Part shown: piece by piece, positions 1 through 12,600 of the stretch
How positions within the stretch are numbered: position 1 is the stretch's first letter
How the letters are laid out: every line of letters begins with the position of its first letter
Origin: Cirrosporium novae-zelandiae
Taxonomy: Eukaryota
Reading direction: 5' to 3'
Length of the DNA stretch: 64,000 nt
Assembly (NCBI GenBank): GCA_026023565.1
Contig: JAPETS010000001.1
Coordinates: forward strand, 310,001-374,000
Notes under the pieces: generated by a model
Told to the model about the DNA's origin: nothing
Seen by the model: only the letters and a program-made list of their open reading frames with translations
Databases searched by the model: none
Made by a program: the position numbers and the translations under genes

Positions 1-289
1 AGGAAAACATTAAGAATAGGATTTGGGGAGTATACTTTGGAGTTGAGGATATAAAGCACAGGGAGGCACGCACGTTAGTTATACGGAGAAGAAAAACAAG
101 AAGTAAAGAAGTCAAGGAGGGAATTAAATCAACTTTCGGTCTTATTTTTACCACAGGGCCTTACAATTATATATTATATTAATATTATATTATAAACAAG
201 CAGCAGTAGTAGATTCTAGATTTCATATAGATCTATCCCCTACCCTACCTAACACCACTTCTATAGCTTAGAGCTCTCCCGCCTCAGGT

Positions 290-392
290 TGGGTTGGACT
301 ATGACGCGGACGCAGAAACCGCGGGCTAACCGTTAGGCGAGAATGTACGGGACTATGAAGCCATTGGCGCTTGTGAGGATTCGTTGGACCGT
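290..392 (-). pseudogene. Degenerate 5' fragment of an NAD(P)-dependent epimerase/dehydratase (GRE2-like extended SDR)
   Basis: Minus-strand translation VQRILTSANGFIVPYILA*RLARGFCVRVIVQP resembles the Rossmann start 'RVLLTGANGFIASHILAQLLARGYSVRATVR'. It has one in-frame TAA and no visible continuation. Confidence 0.5.
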
Positions 393-1966
393 GATGGATA
401 GCGCGAGTATCCTCTAAGAGGAAGAATAAATCCTATGGTATTGAGGCTGGAGGTTGGCAGACAAGGCTAAGTCGACAGCGATTGTGCCAGACAGTGGCTC
501 GTCGGCTACCATGAATGATCAAAATCGATAGAGTTGATGGATTTAGCTTTCTCCCAAGGGTGTTTACCTTTAGATTCAATGTAATTGAAGGATATCTTTA
601 TATTGTTGAGAAAAATGTAATTGTGCCTCTTGAATAGGCTACTATTCAGAGCATGGTGATTAGCTCGTTTTCACGCTTCTTGAATCCGGTTCACCTGGGG
701 TAGTAATGCCTTTGATTATAATCAAACAGCCGTGAATGGAGGTATTCACCCAGGCTTTTTCCTCGCGATCCTGCTCACTGCTTATGACAATTTTACAAAG
801 TTATACTCCGATTTGCATTTTAGAAAGGGGAAATCATGTGGAAATCAGGGTTTGTGTTGACCCTAATGGTGAGTTGGTGCTATATAATATATACAGTCCG
901 TTCAGGTGCTCTTTATATTCCTCCCAGTCTGGTATATTATTGAGAAGATCCAAGACGGAAAATTGCACAACCGCTGCAAATATATTCTCGGTACTATCGA
1001 GCTAACTTGATTATCACAACTCCAAATACTTTTTTAGGTTCATGAAACTGATCTACCTTGCATGTGTTATTTTTTACACTATATATTTGCCTTGTTTGGC
1101 TTATGGATCCCTATTTGTCCTTCTAGTATGTCTTTAATATTGGGTTTCTTCCTTTGTAGCCTGAAGGCATTAAGACTAATTAGGCAACTCGTCTTAAAGT
1201 TAACAGAACACGTTCCGTATGTAATATTACCACCTTTCCACGTCGTCGACTGTGAAACTTTCATCTTATTCATCCTCACGAACATGCCATTGCAGAGCTG
1301 CCTCTCTCCAGAACCCAGGCTATTAATCTCTTGATAAGAATGAAGCTTTGCTTTAATTTAAAAGACGGGTTCCTTGGCATGAGGTGGCTTGACAATAACT
1401 GAGTTTGATGGTGTTAATTTGGTAAAAGGTCATTCTAATATACGGGAGAGTTGACAGAAATATTGGCAGCCCTACACAGTATCCCCACCAGATTCCGGGG
1501 TTGTTTTAATATTCAATTACCAACTCGAAAAATTAGCCCCCAATAAGGCTCTAATCTCTAGTATTCATAGTGGTGGCTTTACAGTCAGCTAATTGGAATT
1601 TCTTTAGACTCGAAAGATCATGCTCACATCTACTCGAGTATGTTAATATTCTAGAAGAAGAAAGGCGCGAGATTTTAGATCTTAGTATCCTTTGATATCG
1701 TGCTTACCACCGGCATAGAATATATGTCGACTTAGGTTCCCCTGATCTGGAAAGAAGTGAATATTACTTGGGGATAGAATGAACGAGAAATCTGGTGGAG
1801 ATGAAAGAGCTGTGAGGAAAGGCTGTGGGGATTAATTACTCGGAGTTTTAAGAAATTGTATGCCGATAACGGTCACTTGGAACTTAAACCCCGAACACCT
1901 CCCCTTCCTATGAGTACCTAATAATTACTCTAACATTACAACTAGGAACTGATATAATGTACAAGA

Positions 1967-2386
1967 ATGGCTTCTCTCTTCGATGATAGCTTTACCCTCT
2001 ACGACCTCCGCGTCGATGTCATCTGTCCACCGAACACAGTAACCCTCTGTGGTGCAAAACCTGGAGATCATTTCAATCTTGAAGGAGAGTTATTACACCT
2101 TCCGCCAGGTCAAGGTTTCTCTATATATTCACTTAGTATGGAATTCATTTGTTCTTGATGGTTGATGAACTAATAGAGTACACTAGGTGCAGTGCTACCA
2201 CTTTTAGCAGCTAAACAGAGAGTGACACATCCGAACGACTGGATGACAACTGACGCAGAGGTTGCTTGTCCAGATCCAAATTGCAAATCAAAGTTGAGGA
2301 TCACTAGGACAGGTATAAGAACATTCAAACATGGAGAGACAACCGTGGTACCATTGCAGCGCGAGAATAAGAATGAACAAGAGTGA
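1967..2386 (+). CDS. TIGR04076-family small Cys-containing protein (2 exons)
   Basis: Exon 1967-2135, GT..AG intron 2136-2186 (branch ACTAAT), exon 2187-2386. The joined protein F.LYDLRVDV...CGAKPGDHF.LEGE...QGFSIYSLSAVLPLLAAKQR..HPNDWM.TDAEVACPDP matches the family pattern as I recall it. Confidence 0.8.
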
Positions 2387-3291
2387 AATTCCCTAAGGAG
2401 AAGACGTGTTTGGATCGTTCTTGAAGTATCATATCTAGCACCCAAGCTTTGATATTTGGTTCCGCAGTGAGTAGAAAGAAGAATATTATTATCTGCTCGC
2501 TTTAAGGCTGATATTAGACTCCTAGTCCTTCCTTGCTAGATACCTATTTATCTTTTGCTATAAATGGCCAAGTTTACAAGTTTACAAGCTTCAGGGAAGC
2601 TACCACGGTTCACAATTCTTACGAATTAACGGTAGCCCTATGGTTTTAATTCCCTTTGCCTTTTCTGTTTTGGATGATAGCCCAAATTCCAAATCGGTAA
2701 TTGGCCATTTAGCTCAACAGTTTGAAGCTAAATAGAAACCTTACTTTTATGCATACCCGAATACGAATTCGAGTCCGAATACACGTATTGACAATTGCGT
2801 ACTGTGTACAAGGCTGCCAGATTTCGAGTAACAGAGTTAGCTTGAAACCCTCAGGAAGAGGTGTTTGTTGTCTAATCTAACTAAGCCTCTAATTAGACAT
2901 GGCCTTTGTGATCAAGTACTTGTTTCCAGTTCTTTCCCACTTTAAAGTCTTGGCTTGCTGTGGCCGTGGTATCCATCACTCTCTATATAGGGACCTAGAA
3001 ACCCTTGCTACCATGTTAACATGACAACGACCATCATACAATCAGTGCCCCAAATTTCCAATAACGATCAAAGAGCAACTTTGGTTTAGGTAGTTTATTC
3101 ATCAACTTGACTAGCTACCGAATTTGAGGTCTTTAATATTCCTGACGTTTTGCTTTCGTTTTCGGGTCTCTTCCCGACTCCGCGGAAGAAGAGTGGTTGT
3201 TATCTTGATGATATAATAATATGCTATCCTCGCACAAATTAGTCGTTGCCCGTTCCCTTCGTTACCCCAACTTTCCTTCAGAAAATCCAAA

Positions 3292-6238
3292 ATGTCTAGT
3301 GAGAAAAAGCCTATGTGGCTACAAGATGTCTCCGATGATGATGATGACGAGGTCCCTCCTCCGTATGAAGTAGCGGCAGCTAGGGACTTTCTCCACGATA
3401 CCACAGATGTCCGAGGTACAGAACATGGTCCATAAGATTCGAGAGACTGGTCTAATTTGCTATAGATGATGGACGAGTCGACGTTAATCTCAATTCTGCA
3501 TTCGGAAGAGTACTAGTAAAAACTCTTCGATTTTCAATCATTCCAACTGCTCCGGAAGAGGTGCAACCTACAATCCTACCTGTCGACTCAGAGAAGGCAT
3601 CATGGCATATGCCATTGAATATCGTTATCCAGGTGGTAGGAAGTCGAGGCGATGTGCAGCCTTTTATTGCACTCGGAAATGAGCTTCAGCGATTCGGACA
3701 TAGAGTTCGGTTAGCAACTCACAATGTCTTTGAAGACTTTGTTAAGAAACATAATCTGGAGTTTTATCCTATCGGGGGGGATCCAGCAGATTTAATGGCT
3801 GTAAGTCCCTTTGAAGCATGTATGTGTGATATGATGCTGAATTGTGTTATACTAGTATATGGTGAAAAACCCAGGTATAATTCCCAGCATGAAAAGCTTA
3901 CGTCAAGGAGATATTCAACGAAAGCGAGCCATGATCTCAGAGATGCTTCATGGCTGCTGGAATTCTTGCATCGAACCTGACCCTACTTCAAACGTACCAT
4001 TTGTCGCAGACGCAATTATAGCGAATCCTCCTAGCTTTGCACATGTACACTGTGCTCAAGCTTTGGGGGTGCCTTTGCATCTTATGTTTACAATGCCGTG
4101 GACTAGCACTCGTGCATTTCCTCATCCTTTGGCCAATATTCGGAGCTCAACCATCGACCCTAAAATAGCTAATTACGTATCTTATGGTGTCGTAGAGTGG
4201 ATGACATGGCAAGGGTAAGCCTAAAATCCCTTTATAATTGAAAATGAAAATTAATGAAACGCAAGTCTTGGTGATGTCATTAATAAATGGCGTAAGACAA
4301 TGGACCTGGAACCTATACCTGCATCAGAAGGACCGTCTTTAGCAGAATCACTCAAGATACCGTTCACATACTGCTGGTCTCCTGCTTTAATACCAAAGCC
4401 TTTGGACTGGCCTTCACACGTTGGTCTGTTTGCCTACCTGCTTACTTCTATCATCCGAACATCACGCTTACAAAAATTCAGACGTGTGTGGCTTTTTCTT
4501 TCGTGACGAACCCGAGTACTCCCCTCCCCCAGAACTTGATGCATTTCTTCGCGCAGGGCCTCCGCCGGTCTACATAGGCTTCGGGAGTATCGTTATCGAG
4601 AAACCGGACGCTTTCACCACTAAAATACTAGATGCCGTACGAGCTTGCCGTGTCAGAGCAATCATTTCAAGAGGATGGAGCAAGATTGGTGGCCCGTCAA
4701 ACACTGAAAATGTGTTTTATATCGACGATTGTCCTCACGGTGAGTGGGATTCCTATTCCACTTTTTATAACGGGTTTACTGAATAGATAGAATGGTTATT
4801 CAAATGGGTTGCTGCCGTTGTACACCACGGCGGAGCCGGCACTACTGCATGTGGCTTGCTGAATGGTCGTCCTACAGCCATTGTGCCCTTCTTTGGAGAG
4901 TTAGTCTTTCCATAATATCACATTTAATACTTGTCTGACAATATCTCTAGCCAGCCGTTCTGGGGCGATATGATTGCCGCTGCAGGAGCTGGACCACAAC
5001 CGATTCCATTCAAGGCGCTAACCACCCAGGCTCTCCAAGAAGCCATCCATTTTTGTCTTACCCCAGAAGCTGTTGCGGCTGCCAATAATATCGCATTACA
5101 AATGCGAGCAGAATCCGGAGTCAAAGCCGCTGTGGCAGCCTTTCATCGTAATCTACCTACGGAGCGACTGCCATGTGATATTCTACCCCAACTACCTGCA
5201 GTATGGAAGTATAAAAAATCACCGAGGCCTATAAGACTATCAAAACTCGCCGCCGAAATCTTAGCAGAGCATGGCCAGATTGATCGAAAGAAGCTCAAAA
5301 TGTGAGTAACATTTTCACGTCGAAGCCTTTTTTATTGAATATATGCTAAAAGCGCCTTAGGAACAAGGTATATCGCATTGTCATCGAGGCTCATCATTGG
5401 GATCCGGCCACTGGTGGTTGTTCCGCCGCCATTGGGACGGCAAGTGATTGCATAAGTGCAGCTGCGGGCATATTTATCGACCCTCATCGGGAATACAAGC
5501 GTCGCGCTACAACAAAGGAGGGCACCGAAGATAAAGCCAGGGTAGCGGGTGCGATGGCTCTCGCTTCGGCCAAAAACGTTGGTAGATTCAATCTAAGTCT
5601 CTTTAGAGGCACCATGGTCAACATGCCATTGGCTATAACCGAGGGTTTGCGAACTGCGCCTAGATTCTATGGGGAAGAAATAAAGGAGCATGAACCTGTG
5701 ACGGGTTGGAAAAGCGGTGCCATAGTGGCTGGAAAGGTTTGAAGATCCTGGAATTGTGAAGGCTATGAGCTCTCAGCTAATCAGTCCTCAGAACTTTACG
5801 CATGGCATGCGCGATGGCATTTCTGGATTATTTCTGCTCCCGTATGAAGGCCAGAAAAAGGAAGGCGCCCTCGGATTGGCAAAGGGAATCGGGAAAGGTG
5901 CTATAGGGGCGTATACAAAGACCACTTCAGGTATTTAATCCCCACAGTAAATGTTAACGGTGTAAATGCTGATGTTTTTATAAGCTATCACCGGTCTGGT
6001 GGCATATCCCGGCCACGGCATCTGCAAGAGCATCTACAATGCGGCACATTCGCAGACGAAGAATAGGATTATAATGGCTCGACAAATTGAGGGAGGTTAT
6101 ATCTTGCGGCATACAAGAAGATATGACCTTGATGAGCATGCGGTAATTTCGAAATTCTATGCTATCAGAAAGGAGCCTGCAAATATTGGGGAAACCGAAT
6201 CAATAGAGGAGAGCATCTACAGCCGCCGTTCTATCTAG
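3292..6238 (+). CDS. UDP-glucose:sterol 3-beta-glucosyltransferase-like GT1 protein (Glyco_transf_28 + UDPGT), about 10 exons
   Basis: Motifs [78 protein letters not shown] and VPFFG. The ORF pieces are joined by about 9 GT-AG introns (e.g. 3801-3856, 4215-4265, 4740-4789). Confidence 0.9.
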
Positions 6239-7875
6239 TTATTGTTTATAGGATCAACTGTTAGGATACATCATTTCGAATTTGGGCTCGCATCCTCTGC
6301 AATCTTCTACAAGGAACACCAAGTTTTTTGTGTAATTATTACAACTTATGGTGGTCAATTGTTTAGAAAAAAAACTGCAGGTTACGGTCTGGTCTAGTTG
6401 ATAGAATCATGGAATACCGATTATAGTTAATAAATTGTTGTCCCTCTTATCATTTTTATCGCCTGTCTTTATTCATGTTGGATATTTTTTTTTTAAAACC
6501 AAGTTCACTCCAGCCAAATTGTTTTTCTGGACATGTTCGGTGGATGATTCTCGCTAGGTTGGCTACTCATGACCTTCGGTTGTCACAGTAACCCTAAGAT
6601 ACTTGACGCAGACATCATACCATCTACTTCACCGTTGGCATTCTTCTAACAGTTGTCCGTCAACGGAGTGAGTTGTATTTTGGTTTTCTTCCGAATGCTT
6701 CGCCCGTACTAAATCTACCAATACTCATTGAGGATTAGAAGTATATGAAACCCTCTAAGCTTTTTTATGCTAAGGAGTTGTAGACAATCAATGCCATAGA
6801 AAAGTGGTTGCCTGTTTGAAGATCCTTAATTCTCAATGGCAGGAGAGTTTCATTTGACAGGTCTTGGCATAAGGAGACCTTTCAGGCACCGAAATTTTTT
6901 ATTGAGGAGCCTATTCTGTTCCCAAAACCCTAGTTTCCAATTCGGTTGATGGTCATGTTTAAAGTAACATTCTGCATGTTATCATGAAGAAATGAAGTGG
7001 CTGGAGCACAGGCATTTCAGATGATATGCTATTTTTACTGGCCCATCTGAACATGGCCTTGGCCTGGCCCTGGTTGTTTGTTGTCAGTTGGTAAAGAAGA
7101 AGAGTGCTCTTAAGATTAGCGGAGAGATCTCTTTTCTCCACTCTCCTTTGTGGTGCGTGGAAGACCCAGCCAGCCTTGTTCGATCGTTATCCAAAAGTAG
7201 GAACTTCAAGATTCAATTGTTAAATCTTCCATGAGATGGCGCTAGAGCTAGCTTTGTTGGTGAAACTCACTTGATTTGAAGCCTTGACTTTTTTTTATAC
7301 TCTTTTCCTATCAATTGTTGAATTATGTTGCCTGGGGACATCAACAGCCGTGCACGTTAAGATAACTTTTAGTTGATTGATACGGCCCGCTTTTAGCCCT
7401 ATCCCTCTCTTTCCCAGGTCTTAACCTCATCACTAGCCGCCTTTCCGTATTCGGTTCGGTTCTCGTGTTCGCATTCGCATCATATTTCCTCCCTATACTC
7501 TTGACCACATCAAAAATGCTAGCACAAATGTACGTTGAATGAGCACAGCCCAAATGAGGCCCAGTAGTGAAAGGGCTGGGTTTTGATGCCTAGTTACACC
7601 ATGTTAACGCGAATGCGAGCCCGATTACGAAAGCGGTACCTTTATATCAAATTCATCATGAACCATGTAGGCCAAATACATATATATTCCAGCTTTCACG
7701 TTCATCTCTATGTCTTTATATCCCCAGAACTCATTTCTTCATCATTAAGAAACACGACTTTTTCATTATTACGAATACTACTTTTTTTTTTCATCCCCAA
7801 GTCAAGCCCTAAGTCAAACAACGCCCATACCTCCACCAGTTTCAAATCCTTCAAATCCTCCAAACCCAAACCAAG

Positions 7876-8927
7876 ATGGCGGTTTCTGGATATGTTCTCT
7901 ATCATTATAACCCTTCGTTGGTTGCCGCCGTCATATTCATCGCCCTGTTCAACCTCGCATCGGTTGCACATACCATCCAACTGATAAGAAGGAGAACTTG
8001 GTACTTTATACCCTTTGTGATAGGGGGATGCTGTAAGTCAGACCAGTAGTTATATGTTTTAACACACCATCATGTCTGAATTACGGTCGCTAATTCTGCT
8101 TTTCGAAACAAACAGTTGAGACGGTTGGATATATCGGCCGGGCATGGTCCGCCAAGCAATCCCCAGACTGGACCGTACCGCCATATGTCATGCAAAGTCT
8201 CCTCCTACTTTTGGCGCCAGCTCTATTTGCGGCATCGATATACATGGTTCTCGGCCGAATAATCCAATTAACGGACGGGGAGGAGCATTCGCTTATTAGG
8301 GCCAAGCTACTTACAAAGGTCTTTGTTACTGGCGACGTTCTATCTTTTTTTGTGCAATCTACAGGTGCGTGTTTTGCCCATGATGTTGAAAACTGGCCCC
8401 TTGAAACGTAAATCGCATTCGTTACTAACCCATTGTAAAAAGGTGGTGGCATGATGGCCCAAAGCTCAGGTAAAAACCTCAAGCTGGGGGAGCGCTTGAT
8501 CACCATTGGCCTCCTCATCCAAATCCTCTTCTTCGGCTTCTTCATGATCGTTGCCGGCGTTTTCCACTACCGAATCGCTCTCTACCCAACCGGACGCTGC
8601 CTCACCCTCACCGTACCCTGGAAGCGATACCTCTGGATCCTCTACAGCGCCAGCTTGCTGATCATGGTACGATCCGTATTCCGTGTGATCGAATACGTTC
8701 AGGGAAGCGACGGGATGCTTCTGCAACACGAACTTTACCTCTACATCTTCGACGCCACCCTCATGTTCCTGACCATGGTCATCTTCAACATTTTCCACCC
8801 GAGCAAGATCATTTCAAAGTATCACAGGGTCGACGGCACGCAGCCTGCGCCTTCCCGCGGTAGTGGCGCCGGCAGCCGGGAGATTATGATGCAGGACCAG
8901 AGAGGGTATGAATATCCGAAACCATAG
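7876..8927 (+). CDS. RTA1-family 7-TM lipid translocator / sterol-resistance protein (3 exons)
   Basis: N-terminus MAVSGYVLYHYNPSLVAAVIF, then QSLLLLLAPALFAASIYMVLGRII, TKVFVTGDVLSFFVQ, RSVFRVIEY and E.YLYIFDA. Introns at about 8033-8114 and 8365-8442. Confidence 0.92.
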
Positions 8928-9019
8928 ATGGTTATATATTTATCCAGTGAGAATAATCGGCGATTCAGGCAACTGAAATCTTCTAAACGCTCTCACCCTA
9001 CACAAAAACAACGCCCACA

Positions 9020-9226
9020 GTCATCCAGAAATTCGCATAGAAATTCGCAAACAATCAACACCACCAACACCACCAGGAGGCATTCTACGCATTCGCAGTC
9101 TAGACATTCACCTTCGCATTCCCAGCATTCGCCATCATCCAGGAGGAATTCGCAATCTAGAAGACATTCACATTCACATTCACACTCACAATCAAAATCC
9201 GGAGGGGGGCATTCGCATTCTAGAAA
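9020..9226. repeat. Degenerate minisatellite (CCAGGAGG.ATTCGCA.TCTAGA-like units plus CACATT runs) downstream of RTA1
   Basis: Related units begin near 9022, 9071, 9136 and 9197. This repeat produces the Ser/His/Arg-rich ORF 8928-9239. Confidence 0.6.
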
Positions 9227-10515
9227 CTGGGACAGCTGACAAATTGGGGAGCTCTATCAGGAGCAAGCAGCAGCAGAGCATGGGATTTTATTAATTGACT
9301 GATTTTGGGCGATTTGGGAGGATATTATCTTTATTGTCATTGATATTAAATGATGAATGGAGTTTAAGGCAGGGAACATGCAAGCGATCTTTTTTATTGT
9401 TTGTGATATGTGATATTTTAGAGCGTGGGATGGGATGTACTGATATTTGTTTTTTTTTGTTTCCCTTTTTGTTTTTTGTTCCCCCCTTTCCCCTTTGCCT
9501 TTTCTTTTGTAAACCACAAAAAATATAGTCACATACATACACACACTTACACACTCTCTCTCTAAACCCCCTGTTTTTTTGCCTTTTTTGATTTTTTTTT
9601 TTTGATTTTTTCTGCTTTATAGATTAATGCCCCAACCAAACCAAACCAATCGAAATGACCCCTCCCCCCCCCACACACAAACACAAACACACCTATAGTA
9701 TATAGTTTATAGCCTTTTTTAGTAATAGAAATGAACAGTAATTAAAAAAAGAAAGAAAGAGACTTTTCTTCCTCTATAAAAAAACAATGTTATATTCTTC
9801 TTTCCTCTTCTCACTAAATAGCAGAGGGAAGGATAAACCATATCGTGGTCTATAGTAAGTAGTATTAATGAGGGAGATAGATGGATAGGATGGGATGGGA
9901 TGGATCAATGGGATGGATAAGCTTAATTACTTTTTGGCTTACTTTTTAGCTATTTTTTGACTATAATTATCTAGGCATCTAACGGCACTGACATTGTAAT
10001 TGTATTGCAATGGTCTGTTGTCCAATCTAGTAGTCTAATTACTTTGTATACCAAGCATAATTAATTATACAAGATCTTAATGTATACGAAAATAATGCAT
10101 CGACTAATTAATTCATTAGGGTATTTCGGGCCAACACTATTTAATAGTCCAATCCAATGGATGGCGGGCAGCAGATCCCTGAGGGGGGTCCGTGGCTTGT
10201 GTGGCTTGAGGCTCGTTCGTTGTTAAAGAACTGACCTAGAGTTGGACAACGACTGAGAGCTTTTGGTCATTTTCAGCAACGGTCGGTCGGTCGGTTGGCT
10301 CCCCCCTATTTAATTATGCCAAAGACGTAGATTTTTGGTTGAAAGTGACACTAACTCCCCCAGTCATTATCCAACGCTATTTTAGGCTCACTTGCGTTAT
10401 TTCGTAATTACTTGTTTTGATTTTTTTAAAAGTCCTGAACTGGAAACAAGTTTTTCTTTTCTCTTTGTTCATAAATAAATAAAAAATTCAATAACTAAAT
10501 AAAATAAACCCTAAT

Positions 10516-11986
10516 TCAAGTTGGAACCCATCCTATTTCTTCAATAGGCCATCGTATCCAAAGTCGGTATTCATCATCTAGTAAATGATATATCCCCGAG
10601 ATCAGGTGGGTGCTCCACCCTTGCATCCACCAGAAAAAATCCATCTGTTTAAGGAGCACACAAAAATAAGCGAACATGGAGAGGGCCTCTGGTTTCCGCT
10701 GGTTTAGTAGGAGTAGATATTCTTCGGGGATGCGAAATATCCAGCGAAAGGTCTCCGAGGATCCGCTGAACCCGGGTCCCCTTTTGTAGACGAGGGCGAA
10801 TGATTCCGAGAGCAGCTTGATGCTTTCGATATATATTTTCAACGTCTTTTGGTCGGTGATTGTCTCGTGGATCAGTCGACAGAGCTCTACCAGATGCTCC
10901 TCATCGATCGAGCCGTTGCTTGCTTCTTGCAGCTGGTCTTGACGCATTGGGATTTGAAACATTGGTGCCAAGGGCCCGACATATAGCCACTGCCACGATG
11001 ACTCGATAATAGACCGCGATCCTCGAATGAGTGATAACCATCCCGCCACACCTTCGTCCCCTATCAAAAAGAAATTTCCTGGGTCTCGAGGCTTGGCCAA
11101 CGTCGCGATGCAGGTAACAGACGAGAAGACGTGAAGAGCGGTACAATTTTCTTTGGTAATGCACGGCAATATTGCCGTCGCCACGCGTAAAGCTGTTTCA
11201 TGATGCGAAGTCGCCTGCGACAAGTAAAAGTCTCTTTTCTCTGGCCTAAACTGAGCTAAGTGCAATGCTGAGAGAGCAAGTATGCCGTGCATAACAAACT
11301 CATGAGAGAATGCAAGCTGGGGTATGTTAATCCTCCACAAGTTTCTAATCTCTGGACTCCGAGAAAGTGTAATGCAAGTTGATGTGGAAAAGTTATGGAG
11401 TAACTCCAAATCTACCATATTGAGAGGAAGAGCTGGTGTATTACTCTCGGAACTCGGGGTATTGTTGTGAGGAGTAGAAATATTATCGGAAGCACTTGGG
11501 CTGACACTCGTACAACGACTAGCGGACCTTGCACTACTGGCCGGAGTCGTAGAGATTACAGTTGATTTGGTTAGAAAATCGCATTCTATCGCATGCTTGA
11601 TGCAATTCCTACATGCAGGCTTCTCCTCATCGCACTAAAGTGTGTAACCACAATTTTGTTAGCCATGAGGATTGTAGCTTGCTGGGATAGAAAGACACTG
11701 TCAGGAAATGAATGGATGGGGATTAATTTATAGATCAACGTAGGGAAATATAGGTGGAACGGAGGCCCGAGTGCAGCTGGCCTCCAGAAAAAGACTTCTC
11801 GGAAGCCGGAGTCATTCCAGAGCGAACCGAAATAGAGGAGCCAGAGGATGTAATGTTAGCAATTGGGCTTACTTTGATCTTCCTTCTTTTGCAATGGCTG
11901 CAACCAGTTCTAGACTTTCGATGTGACTTTCGTGAAGAATTCATGACTTCTTTTGCGGCACGACTGGGCTTGCTGGCTCTAGGCAT
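10516..11986 (-). CDS. Upc2/Ecm22-like Zn(II)2Cys6 transcription factor
   Basis: Exon 1 ends ...RKSHRKSRTGCSHCKRRKIK, followed by intron 11872-11635 (GTAAGC..TTTAG) and exon 2 CDEEKPACRNCIKHAIEC. The C-terminal domain (DLELLHNFSTST, FVMHGILALSALH, WW..GW, WIRWP) is Upc2-type. Confidence 0.9.
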
Positions 11987-12600
11987 CAACAGTGAACTTG
12001 GGATGCCAGGTGCCAAGAGAGGGTTAATAATTGTCAATTGACAACAATAGCAAGAACAAGAACAACAACGACGAGAAGAAGGTTGTTCAAGGGTTACTGA
12101 ATAGCTTCAACCTCAGGCTTTATATAACAGGAATAGTATAAATGTCTGCCTGCCCTCATGGTGAATGGATTGATCATGGATAAAATTACTTTGGGGGATA
12201 TTTTAGGCTTTGTCAAATGAGTTAAGTCAATACTTAACTTACTGCCTGCTCAGCCCTAGCTATCCTTGGCTATTCTTAGCTATTCTTAGCTATCAAAAAG
12301 CTCAGACTACTGACAAAGCTAAACCGCTCAGGAGAAATCTAATCTTTAACAAGTAATTAGTTGACTGTCGGTATGACGGAATTCAGGACAATTCAATAAA
12401 TTTATTAGTGCTCAGAACTGCAGGGCTGTCTTTAGTTGTGAATTCAGGAGTCTTTCAATTGAACCAATTTAGATCGACAGATAAGATAGCTGTCCGTCGC
12501 TAATTATTTACGTCTCCATACCTACAAGACAGGTACCTACCTAGGTATCCTCTTATTTTCATCCTGAGCTTTACTACATTTCTTTTCTGAAAAATTCCCC

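Noticed and set aside
8928..9554. Ser/His-rich and Lys/Phe-rich ORFs after RTA1
   Set aside because: Derived from low-complexity and simple repeats, with no domain signal.
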